Positions 1-8,288 are shown, counted from the stretch's first letter. The stretch is DNA of 54,368 nucleotides from an uncultured Muribaculaceae bacterium (GCA_964430695.1 CAYSFO010000003.1:1-54368), one strand, 5' to 3'. Notes: generated by a model not told the origin, from the letters alone. Numbers and translations are program-made.

Positions 1-732
1 ATTACAAAGTTTTTCTATTTTATTTTTACATTCAGATAAATATTTTTTATCTCTATGAATTAATATCATATCATCCATATATCTCACATAGCATTTTATC
101 CCTAATTGTTCTTTAATATAATGATCTATTTTATTTAAGTATAAAAGTGCAAACCATTGGCTTGATTGATTCCCAAGTGGTAGTCCAATATTTGCATTAT
201 CAGGCTGTTCTTTAATTAACTTCTTTATTATCCACATTTCATCATCTGAAAAATCTATTTCTTCTAATAAATTTATTAATATATCATGATTAATACTAGG
301 AAAATATTTACGAATATCGCATTTTAAGAAATATACATTATTATTGCTTCCCTCCAAATATTCTTTCCTTAAAAATTTATGTAATCTATCAATTGCAAAT
401 GTTGTTCCTTTACCTTTTCTACATGCACAATTATCATATATCAATTTTCTTTCTATTTTAGGTTTTAAGCACACATCGCAAAAGCATCTAACCATAACCC
501 TATCTTTAAATGGTAAAGCTTCAATCAATCTCTCCTTAGGTTCATAAATGTAAAATTTCTTATATTTACCTAATTTATAATTTTTAGTTGTTAATTCTTT
601 ATTTAAATTATTTAAATTAACTGCTAAATTAGATTCAAAACGAATAACTTCTCCCTTATGTTGTTTAGACATTCTACAATTTTTATATGCACTATACAAA
701 TTTTCAAAAGTAAAAATTTCATCTAATTTCAT
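1..732 (-). CDS. DGR-type reverse transcriptase, N-terminal ~244 aa (C-terminus lies outside the window)
   Basis: Absent from the ORF track because it is open to the edge. My translation from ATG 732..730 (SD GGAGGT upstream) reads MKLDEIFTFENLYSAYKNCRMSKQHK..FYIYEPKERLIEALPFKDRVM..GLPLGNQSSQWFALLYLNKIDH..YVRYMDDMILIH. The LGNxxSQ motif and YMDD box fit DGR RTs rather than the QGxxxSP of retron or group II RTs. Confidence 0.85.
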   Translation of the reverse strand, partial: MKLDEIFTFENLYSAYKNCRMSKQHKGEVIRFESNLAVNLNNLNKELTTKNYKLGKYKKFYIYEPKERLIEALPFKDRVMVRCFCDVCLKPKIERKLIYDNCACRKGKGTTFAIDRLHKFLRKEYLEGSNNNVYFLKCDIRKYFPSINHDILINLLEEIDFSDDEMWIIKKLIKEQPDNANIGLPLGNQSSQWFALLYLNKIDHYIKEQLGIKCYVRYMDDMILIHRDKKYLSECKNKIEKLCN

Positions 733-944
733 AGTTACCTCCAAAAAAATAAACACTCCTTATAACGCACAAAGAGCAAATTACTCGTTGTTTGTGTGAG
801 TGTTTCTGTATTCTTCCATCGCACTAAGATTATACCTTTTAGCGATTAGAAAAGAAGAAAATTCCTTCACCTTACAATACTGATATATTTTGCTTAAAAT
901 ATATTTCTCTGATTTGTTTTCTGAATCCTATAAATGATTCCTTC

Positions 945-1075
945 AAAAGTGAATCTGGGCGAGCCCCACCATTGCGTTTATTAACATTGTTCCAATTTCT
1001 ATTACCATTTTTGTTAACGACGCGCGCGTGCCAAAAACCAAAAGGGGCTCAAAAGACACAACGCACAAAAATAAA
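945..1075 (-). repeat. Putative DGR template repeat (TR); boundaries approximate
   Basis: The minus strand reads TGGCACGCGCGCGTCGTTAACAAAAATGGTAATAGAAATTGGAACAATGTTAATAAACGCAATGGTGGGGCTCGCCCAG. It has dense AAC/AAT/AAA triplets between GC-rich ends. It is non-coding and lies between the avd stop (1112) and the RT start (732). Inverted 7-mers GAGCCCC (961-967) and GGGGCTC (1044-1050) bracket it. No VR copy is available to fix the ends. Confidence 0.5.
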
Positions 1076-1111
1076 TTTTCTCCTTAATTAAAGGTCTTTC
1101 AACCTGAAATC

Positions 1112-1696
1112 CTAATTTCTTTTCCGCCATCTTTCATCATCACTTTTCTTCCAAGCAACAATTAAATTAATAGTTTCTGCTAATTGCATTGAAATTTGTT
1201 TATATTGTTTTGTTAAAATACAACCAGAACTCTCTGATACCATAGCTATATATCCTAATAGCTTTAGTTTTACTATTGCCTCTTTTTGATAATGTTCTCT
1301 TTTTGATTTATTTGTGGCTGAATCCATTCGTATAAAATTTGCTTCCAATAGATATTCAATAGTATCTAAACAATAATTTTGCATACGATTTACAAATACT
1401 CCTCTAAACTTCTTTGGTGATTTTTCTGTTACTGCAATTACATAAGCACATAACTTTTTAGCAACTGTAATAACAACTAAATCATTTGAATTAGATGGTA
1501 TTTTTTCAATTGTTTTTAAATCCTTATCTTCCAATTCTATTTTTTCTTTCATCTTTTTTTCATTAAACTTTTTACTTTCAGCCATAGCTATTCCTTTCTT
1601 AATTGCAACAGTATCATCAACATCATTTGCAGATGTTGTAACAACCTCAATTTCTTTAGGAATTTTTAAATTATTTGATCTACTGACTTGCAACAC
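1112..1696 (-). CDS. avd: Avd-like DGR accessory variability determinant (four-helix-bundle family); true start possibly ATG at 1585
   Basis: The C-terminal ~120 aa (KKLCAYVIAVTEKSPKKFRGVFVNRMQNYCLDTIEYLLEANF..KLKLLGYIAMVSE..LAETINLIVAWKKS) resembles the Avd / 23S-rRNA-IVS four-helix-bundle family. It lies immediately upstream of TR and RT. The track start is TTG, and an internal ATG with SD AAAGGAA is at 1585. Confidence 0.65.
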   Translation of the reverse strand: MLQVSRSNNLKIPKEIEVVTTSANDVDDTVAIKKGIAMAESKKFNEKKMKEKIELEDKDLKTIEKIPSNSNDLVVITVAKKLCAYVIAVTEKSPKKFRGVFVNRMQNYCLDTIEYLLEANFIRMDSATNKSKREHYQKEAIVKLKLLGYIAMVSESSGCILTKQYKQISMQLAETINLIVAWKKSDDERWRKRN

Positions 1697-1730
1697 ATTA
1701 TCACAGCCTTATCTATAAACTAAATTACAA

Positions 1731-1760
1731 TACAAAACACTTCCATAGTATTAGAAGTGT
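1731..1760 (-). terminator. Intrinsic terminator after the 162-aa ORF
   Basis: Minus-strand hairpin ACACTTC-N10-GAAGTGT followed by a short T run. Confidence 0.45.
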
Positions 1761-1817
1761 CTTAAAAAGGTAGATTTAGGTACTGCTAATTACTACTACT
1801 ACTTACAAAAGTTACTC

Positions 1818-2306
1818 TTAATTATTTAAAAAATAACTTACAACCGATAGTTCTAAAACTATCCATAACAATGTTTTTCTTATATCTTTTTTCTCAATAA
1901 TATTACTTATACAATATTCTTTTATATATGAAATCTTTACAGGTAATTCAATTTCTCTACCGTTTATACCTATTGTTTTTAAAATTAAATCTGATGCTAC
2001 ACAACTTCCTTCTTCAAAGATAGCTCCATCTTCTTCATTGTTATCATAGAAAAATTCAGTTACATCATCTACCAATCTCTTATTTTCACTAAATTTATCT
2101 GCTTTACCACTTTTCTTTATTTCCTCTAATTTTTCATTAATTAACTGTTCCAATACATTTTCAGCATCATCATTAGATAAGTCATTTAAAGAAGAGGTAA
2201 GTTTTTCTAAATCATAATAATATTGAATTGAGGTAATAATTTTAATCTTGTCATCTAAAACTTCAGATATTTTTTTAACATATTCGTTTAAATTTTCTTT
2301 TTTCAT
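1818..2306 (-). CDS. Hypothetical acidic protein, divergent from the XRE genes
   Basis: 162-aa ORF with no motif I recognise. Its position suggests a prophage-like switch region. Confidence 0.5.
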   Translation of the reverse strand: MKKENLNEYVKKISEVLDDKIKIITSIQYYYDLEKLTSSLNDLSNDDAENVLEQLINEKLEEIKKSGKADKFSENKRLVDDVTEFFYDNNEEDGAIFEEGSCVASDLILKTIGINGREIELPVKISYIKEYCISNIIEKKDIRKTLLWIVLELSVVSYFLNN

Positions 2307-2466
2307 ATCTAGCTCCTTTTATTTTATAATATCTACCTTTTTGTTTTAGCACAAAACTCAACATTTTTTCCTCTTTTATTCCGCTATAATTCATATAACC
2401 TACTACATAGTTAGTATGGTTCGTTTTTCATAAACTTATTACAATAGTAATAAGTAAAGGAAGGAT

Positions 2467-2730
2467 GTGATGACAATTAAATTAAAATCTAATGCTCGTA
2501 ATATTCTAGCAAATAATATTGTTTACTATAGATTACAAAAAGGTTGGTCCCAAGAAGATTTTGCAGATAAGCTTGGAACTACACCTACTTATGTATCTAA
2601 TTTAGAAAACGCTAAAAGAAATACTAGAATTGACTATATTGATCACATCGCAACTGTGCTTAATGTTGAACTTTTCCAATTATTTGAGAAAAGAGAAAAC
2701 ATTGAAAATCGCCGTATTCCTAGGCGATAA
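2467..2730 (+). CDS. XRE-family helix-turn-helix transcriptional regulator
   Basis: RLQKGWSQEDFADKLGTTPTYVSNLENAKRN is a typical Cro/C1 HTH. The ORF is followed by hairpin + T-run terminators at about 2732-2758 and 2803-2830. Confidence 0.8.
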   Translation: MMTIKLKSNARNILANNIVYYRLQKGWSQEDFADKLGTTPTYVSNLENAKRNTRIDYIDHIATVLNVELFQLFEKRENIENRRIPRR

Positions 2731-2870
2731 AGAATACAATTAAAGGTATTCTTTTTTGTGCCAATTTAATTATAACATAAACTAATAATATCAAACAACA
2801 AATTTGCTCGTTGTGAACGAGCAGTTTTAAAATGATATTTCCTATAAAATTATGCATAGGAGGTATTCAT

Positions 2871-3134
2871 GTGAAAAATAGTTATGAACTTTTTGCCTTA
2901 ATAGGTCAAAATATGAAATACATAAGAAAAAGTGTTATTGGTAAATCTCAAGAACAAATGGCTGATGATGTTGATATGAGCCGTAGTTTTTTGTCTCAAG
3001 TTGAAAGTCCTAATGTAGATGTTGGAATTTCACTAGATACCTTATTCTTTCTTGCTCAAAAATATAATTTTGATATTAGAAAATTTTTTGATGGTTACGA
3101 AAAACTTATGGATAATAACAAAGATGCAAATTAA
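2871..3134 (+). CDS. XRE-family HTH regulator (second paralog); start moved to the GTG preceded by AGGAGG
   Basis: KSQEQMADDVDMSRSFLSQVESPN is an HTH motif. SD AGGAGG lies 7 nt before GTG 2871. The terminator GATGC-N8-GCATC + T7 is at 3123-3147. Confidence 0.75.
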   Translation: MKNSYELFALIGQNMKYIRKSVIGKSQEQMADDVDMSRSFLSQVESPNVDVGISLDTLFFLAQKYNFDIRKFFDGYEKLMDNNKDAN

Positions 3135-3145
3135 AGCATCTTTTT

Positions 3146-3316
3146 TTATTTAAGAAGTTCTTTTAATACAGAATAAATAACATTTACTACAATAGAATTA
3201 CCTGCTTGATGATAAAGATTAGTTTCAGTACATACTTTACTTGCCTTATCAAAATCATCATCATCAAAACCCATTAATCTCCAAGTTTCTCTTGGAGTTA
3301 GTTTTCTTATTTTCAT
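3146..3316 (-). CDS. DNA (cytosine-5)-methyltransferase, C-terminal fragment (motifs IX-X) in a different frame
   Basis: My translation is MKIRKLTPRETWRLMGFDDDDFDKASKVCTETNLYHQAGNSIVVNVIYSVLKELLK. It contains RKLTPRE..RLMGF and GNSIVV. Its ATG overlaps the upstream stop as TAATG. It falls below the ORF-track size cutoff. Confidence 0.8.
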   Translation of the reverse strand: MKIRKLTPRETWRLMGFDDDDFDKASKVCTETNLYHQAGNSIVVNVIYSVLKELLK

Positions 3317-4197
3317 TATTTCAACACTCCTTCTACTACTATTTTACTATTATCAGTTGTATTACTAGCTGTTAATGTTGGTGAATTTCCATATACGGAA
3401 AATAATCGTGAAGATATTTCAAATTTAGTATGTTTATCTTTTCCACATACACCACCAGTAAAATATTTATTCATATCAACTTCATATTCTATATCATTTC
3501 TATTTTTATGTTTAAATATTCTTTTATTATCTTTTTCTACATAATTTGAATTAGTTAAATAGTATTTTTCATCTACATCTTCTTCAAGTAAATTTTTCAA
3601 TATTACATCATTTTTAATTTTATCTGGAAATTTAAACTCTTTTTGATTATCTAATATTGCAACTAAAAAATACCTCGTTCTTGTTTGAGGTATTTCATAA
3701 TCAGTAGCACATAATAATTCATCATATAATGTATATCCTAAATTCATTAAATCTTCTTTAAATAAATTTAATGTATCTTTAAACTTCTTACTTGTAATCA
3801 TAGCTACATTTTCAAATATAACATACTTAGGTTTTCTTTTTACTTCCCTAAGTAATCTAATCATCTCCCAACCAAGTGATGACCTTGTTGAACTTTCAAA
3901 ATTAAAACCACGCATTTTACCAGCACATGATATATCTTGGCACGGAAAACCTCCCACCCAAAGATCACAATATGGTAATTCTTTGCCTTGTATATCTGTT
4001 ATACTCCCTAAATTCAAATTCTCATCTACATTATGAATTGCACAATAACTCTTTATTGCATTTTTATCAATTTCAGAAAAAAATTCAACTTTATAATCTT
4101 TTATAACTCCTTCATTTTTTAATCTTTCTAATGCTTTTTCTGGACTTCCTATTCCACTAAAGAATGTTCCAATTTTAACTATATTTTTATTTGTCAT
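3316..4197 (-). CDS. DNA (cytosine-5)-methyltransferase, N-terminal part (motifs I-VIII plus target-recognition region)
   Basis: Motifs FFSGIGSPEKA (I), GGFPCQDIS (IV), FENV (VI) and QTRTRYFLVA (VIII) are present. SD GGGGG precedes ATG 4197. The ORF ends at TAA 3318..3316, before motifs IX and X. Confidence 0.85.
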   Translation of the reverse strand: MTNKNIVKIGTFFSGIGSPEKALERLKNEGVIKDYKVEFFSEIDKNAIKSYCAIHNVDENLNLGSITDIQGKELPYCDLWVGGFPCQDISCAGKMRGFNFESSTRSSLGWEMIRLLREVKRKPKYVIFENVAMITSKKFKDTLNLFKEDLMNLGYTLYDELLCATDYEIPQTRTRYFLVAILDNQKEFKFPDKIKNDVILKNLLEEDVDEKYYLTNSNYVEKDNKRIFKHKNRNDIEYEVDMNKYFTGGVCGKDKHTKFEISSRLFSVYGNSPTLTASNTTDNSKIVVEGVLK

Positions 4198-4561
4198 TAT
4201 ATCATTCCCCCTTTTTCTTTTTATAACAAATAAAAAAGCTCTCATTTTGAGAACTTTAATAAAATATACAAATTTTATACTATATTTTAACCAAATAATT
4301 ACTATTTTTAATAGAAACGAGAAATATCAAATATCTTTAAACCCCTGTATTATAAGGCATTTTTAATACTTTCCTATATTTTGGGTACAAGCTTCAATCT
4401 CCCCCCCCAGATGACTATTTCTGGTTGGGAGGTTTAAATTTGTTCTTTTCATTTTCTTTTCCTCCTCTATTATGTATTTATAATACCATACTTTTTAATA
4501 AATTTGTAAATTAATTTTTAAATTGTTAAATAAAAAAGAAGCTTCACATGCTTCCTTATGT

Positions 4562-5728
4562 CTAATTTGGTAATTTTACAATAATATCACTTTCTGGAAA
4601 AGCAGCACATGGATGAATATAATTTAATTCACGATCTCCCGCTTGTAAATTCCCCTCAAAAGTTTTTACTTTTCCACTAATAAGTTTACTTCTACAAAAA
4701 CCACATTCTCCAACATGGCATTTACTTGGTGCTACAATTCCACTCTTTTCTATAGCACTTAATATGGTTTCTTGTCCGTTACATTCCATCTTTATTTCTT
4801 TGCCATGCGTAATAACTGTTAAATTATAATCCTCTGTACTTTTTAAATCAATTTCTCCCATAAATAAATCATGACGAATATATTTTTTTTCTAATTCATA
4901 ATTTTTTAATATTTCATTCATATGATCATACAAAGCAGTAGGACCACAGACAAAGAAAGAATTCTCCTCTTGTAGGTAGGAATCAATTAAATCTTTTTCT
5001 ATAAATCCAGTCTTAAATTTATCATTAACTTCTTCACTAAGGATACAAACTAATTTTACTTTTTTCGTTTTACTAACTATATTTTCTAGTTTTTCTTTAA
5101 AAATAAGATCTTTACTTGTTTTGGCGCCATAAAGGATCGTTAACTGAAAATCTAAGGTACCATCAAGAATGGCTTCTGCCATCGATAGAAATGGAGTAAT
5201 TCCACTCCCACCAGCAATAGCAATCACATGATTCGCATCTCGAAGATTCTCATAACAAAACTCTCCTGCTGGTGCACTAATTTTAAAAGTATCTCCAACA
5301 TCTACGATATCAAAAAAATAATTTGAAACAATTCCATTTGGAACTTTTTTTATTGTTATTGTGTATTTATTTTGAAGAGCTAGTTTTGGACTACAACTAA
5401 TGGTAAAAGGACGATGATAAATACCCCCTCCAATACGCACTTCAACACTTATGTATTGTCCTGCTTTAAAATAAGCCAATTTTTTCGTTTCTGTTTCTAC
5501 ATCAGGAACAAGAACAAAGGTTTTTACATCTTCTGTTTCTTTAATAATTTCAGCCACTTTCACATGTTGTACCGTAGGATGTAAATAGGAAGCAAGTTCG
5601 TTAATAGTAAACTTCGTATTCATATTTTTAGAAGAAGATTGTTGAATAATTTTTTCTCGATCATTACTGATATTTTTAAATTTTTCCATATCTTTAGTTC
5701 CTAAACCATTTAAAACTACATTTGACAT
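4562..5728 (-). CDS. Ferredoxin-NAD(P) reductase-like oxidoreductase with C-terminal 2Fe-2S ferredoxin domain
   Basis: An FAD-binding beta-barrel (RPFTIS), an NAD-binding motif (IAGGSGITP) and a C-terminal cluster motif (CHVGECGFCRS) are present. Confidence 0.75.
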   Translation of the reverse strand: MSNVVLNGLGTKDMEKFKNISNDREKIIQQSSSKNMNTKFTINELASYLHPTVQHVKVAEIIKETEDVKTFVLVPDVETETKKLAYFKAGQYISVEVRIGGGIYHRPFTISCSPKLALQNKYTITIKKVPNGIVSNYFFDIVDVGDTFKISAPAGEFCYENLRDANHVIAIAGGSGITPFLSMAEAILDGTLDFQLTILYGAKTSKDLIFKEKLENIVSKTKKVKLVCILSEEVNDKFKTGFIEKDLIDSYLQEENSFFVCGPTALYDHMNEILKNYELEKKYIRHDLFMGEIDLKSTEDYNLTVITHGKEIKMECNGQETILSAIEKSGIVAPSKCHVGECGFCRSKLISGKVKTFEGNLQAGDRELNYIHPCAAFPESDIIVKLPN

Positions 5729-7260
5729 TATGCTTCCTCCTTCCTTATATCTTTTAAAGTAAGTGTTGATGCATTTTTTCCAGATAAATATGTTGAACTA
5801 TATCCAGATAATCTTGTACCAAAACCACCACAAAATCTTAAATTAGGGATGTATTGTTCATGCCTTGTATTCATTATTCTAGGAAGTAAATTATCTAAAC
5901 CCGTTGCTTTATAGCCGTAAATCACACCATCTGGATGCCCTCCATACCTTGCAAAAGTAACAGGAGAAGCTATTTCTATTTCCTCGATATAAGGTCGAAT
6001 ACTAATCTTTGTAGTTTCTTCAAACGTGTCTATGATTATTTCCGTAATTTTTTCTTTTAACACAAAATAATTTTCCTCTGTAACTTGTTTTGAAAAAACA
6101 TCTCCAAAAAACATAGAAGAAAAATGCATAATCGTAGTTCCTTTAGGAGAATATGAAGGGTTCGCATTATTGTAAACGGTAACTACACTACTACCATGAT
6201 TAATTTTACTCATATTTTTAAATTCTTTATCGCTATCCAATGAATGAAATAGAGTATAATTATAATCCTCTAATCCTAAATCCTTAGCACTTTGGTTTAA
6301 TCCCAAGAAAATAGAAAATCCTCTCGCCCCTAAAACACGAGAATTTGTAAGTTTCAAAGCATTCGCAGGAACGATTTCTTTTGGTAGCATATTGCCATAA
6401 ACAAAGGTTGGTGAACAATTTGCTACTATATGCTCTGCATAATATATATCCCCTGTTGTAAGTTTTACACCACTTATTTTTCCTTGCTCCGTCAAAATTG
6501 TTTCTACCGTAGATAAATATTTGATTTCTCCTCCTAGTTTTTCAATTTCTTCTGCTAGAATAACGCTAATTTCATGACTACGCTTTACAGGAATATATCC
6601 ACCATAATAAATATAGGAATAAAGCATGGTGGAAAAATGCACAAAACTCAAAGTAGATGCAGGGCTTCCAAAACGAATCCAATAAGAAGTTAAAATTTCC
6701 TGGGCTTTCTTTGGCATTTTTAAAGAATTTAAAACGGTTTTAACAGAATGTGTAGAAACTTTCATGAAATTTGCATAATCGTTCGTTAAAACGGTTTTAT
6801 CCACATAGCCTTTACGCTGTTCGATATAAATTAATGCCTCACGAACTTCACGAGCTAAAGCAAAGAATGCTTCCATAGACTCCCTACTCTTTGGAACATA
6901 TTCTTCCATTTTATCTATAAATGCACTGATTCCAAAAGGCATTTTATAATTTTCTTTCCTATCAATAGTATATACATGATAGGCATCAGGAACTTTTACG
7001 AAATCAATTTTATCAAAGATGCCCAATTCTTTAAATAACTTATAAACATTTCCTGGATTTTCGTCATTCCCATATTCAAGCAGCTGTTGTAAAGAGACTT
7101 CAAACTCAAATCTTCCTCGAATAAAACTAGTAGCAAACCCACCAGGAACGGTATTGCTTTCTAGTACCAATACTTTTTTGTTATTTTTAATTAAATCGAG
7201 TGCTGCAACAAGTCCAGCATTCCCTGCCCCAATGACAATGACATCATACGTATTATCCAT
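5728..7260 (-). CDS. FAD-dependent oxidoreductase of the phytoene-desaturase (CrtI-like) family
   Basis: The N-terminal dinucleotide fold is YDVIVIGAGNAGLVAALDL..LVLES, in a ~510-aa CrtI-like protein. Its stop overlaps the next start as TAATG. Confidence 0.7.
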   Translation of the reverse strand: MDNTYDVIVIGAGNAGLVAALDLIKNNKKVLVLESNTVPGGFATSFIRGRFEFEVSLQQLLEYGNDENPGNVYKLFKELGIFDKIDFVKVPDAYHVYTIDRKENYKMPFGISAFIDKMEEYVPKSRESMEAFFALAREVREALIYIEQRKGYVDKTVLTNDYANFMKVSTHSVKTVLNSLKMPKKAQEILTSYWIRFGSPASTLSFVHFSTMLYSYIYYGGYIPVKRSHEISVILAEEIEKLGGEIKYLSTVETILTEQGKISGVKLTTGDIYYAEHIVANCSPTFVYGNMLPKEIVPANALKLTNSRVLGARGFSIFLGLNQSAKDLGLEDYNYTLFHSLDSDKEFKNMSKINHGSSVVTVYNNANPSYSPKGTTIMHFSSMFFGDVFSKQVTEENYFVLKEKITEIIIDTFEETTKISIRPYIEEIEIASPVTFARYGGHPDGVIYGYKATGLDNLLPRIMNTRHEQYIPNLRFCGGFGTRLSGYSSTYLSGKNASTLTLKDIRKEEA

Positions 7261-7330
7261 GAAGAACCCCTCTTCCTATTCTTATTTATTATAACATGAG
7301 GGATTAAGATAATAAAAGCAAATTTTTATA

Positions 7331-7825
7331 TTATTTTGCCTGTTGATATAATTTTGTAAAGATTTCTATATGAAGTCTTTCATCTAAAATAATTCTACGC
7401 AAAATTTGTTTTACATTTATATCACTTGTACTATCCAAAATTCTTTCATAATCTCGAATTGCTTTCTTCTCCATATAAATATTATCTAAAAGAGCTTTTT
7501 TCCATTCTTTTTCATAAGGAACATATTCTCCACTAAACCATTTTGTATGATTATTCTCTATCCCAACAAAAAGAGGAGTTAAGCCAAGTTCCCCAATTAA
7601 TAGTCCTAAAATTTCTAAATGATGCATTTCTACAATCGCGATTCCGCGTAAAATCGTTTTTAGATCATTATTCTCATGTACAAGCATCATTTGAAAAATA
7701 TAATTATGCACAGCTGTATCTTCACTTACTTCTCCTGCATAAGCATTAAGTATTTCTTTTGCAAGTTCTACATTTTTTCTCTCTACCTTAATTTCTGGAT
7801 AAGGCATGTCCACTTTATATTGCAT
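7331..7825 (-). CDS. Ferritin-like / manganese-catalase (CotJC-like) family protein
   Basis: Paired E..H metal-ligand helices (IVEMHHLE, DERLHIE) are present. The start was moved to the ATG preceded by AGGTGA. Confidence 0.55.
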   Translation of the reverse strand: MQYKVDMPYPEIKVERKNVELAKEILNAYAGEVSEDTAVHNYIFQMMLVHENNDLKTILRGIAIVEMHHLEILGLLIGELGLTPLFVGIENNHTKWFSGEYVPYEKEWKKALLDNIYMEKKAIRDYERILDSTSDINVKQILRRIILDERLHIEIFTKLYQQAK

Positions 7826-7924
7826 TAATATCACCTAGCAAAATATATGAATTAGAGAAACAAAATAAAACAACTGGTTTAAAAATATCCTTTACATTTA
7901 TATAAAACTATATTATTCTTAACT

Positions 7925-7994
7925 TAAGCGAGACACTAAGCATAGTGCTTGCCATTTAATTTGCATAGCACCTCCTTACGGATGGTGCTTTTTT
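7925..7994 (+). ncRNA. Candidate antisense/antitoxin small RNA (locus A), convergent with the peptide gene at 8023-8091
   Basis: A conserved promoter-like block (TTTACA at 7891-7896 ... tatattattc) is followed by an intrinsic terminator, GCACCTCC-ttac-GGATGGTGC + T6 (7969-7994). The whole block recurs at 41688-41790 on the opposite strand. Confidence 0.5.
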
Positions 7995-8022
7995 ATTCCA
8001 AAACCCCCTAAAGAGTTATAAA

Positions 8023-8091
8023 TTAATCAAAAATGATTAATAGAATAATTATCACTAGAAGAATTGTGATTAATAAATCTTTTTTCTTCAT
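8023..8091 (-). CDS. 22-aa hydrophobic peptide, candidate type I toxin (locus A)
   Basis: My translation is MKKKDLLITILLVIIILLIIFD. SD GGGGTGG lies 6 nt upstream. It is a paralog of the peptide at 41583-41666 (shared IIILLI[IL]FD). Confidence 0.55.
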   Translation of the reverse strand: MKKKDLLITILLVIIILLIIFD

Positions 8092-8288
8092 ACGTGACCA
8101 CCCCATTTCTTTTATAGATTGGAATGGCAGACCAGAGCTTTCGCATCTCGCAATAGCAAAATAGCATATCTTAATAACAGAAACAAATTACGAATTTTAA
8201 AATTTTGTTCAAATAAAAAGTAAATCTGCTTAGCAAATTTACCAAATTTGGCAATATAAAACTATTTTTGAATCCATTTTCAATAATT

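Larger units (their letters stand above)
1..1696 (-). mobile_element. Diversity-generating retroelement cassette (avd - TR - spacer - RT), truncated by the left window edge
   Basis: An Avd-like ORF, an A-rich non-coding template-like segment and a DGR-type reverse transcriptase are co-linear on the minus strand. See the component features. Confidence 0.75.

Noticed and set aside
344-547. Plus-strand 67-aa ORF at the left edge
   Set aside because: It is antisense to the DGR reverse transcriptase reading frame, which has clear catalytic motifs.
1818-1900. The 3' end of the 162-aa ORF upstream of avd as the DGR VR (canonical target position)
   Set aside because: It has no similarity to the TR and is AT-rich. 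The ORF also has its own terminator (1731-1760) before avd.
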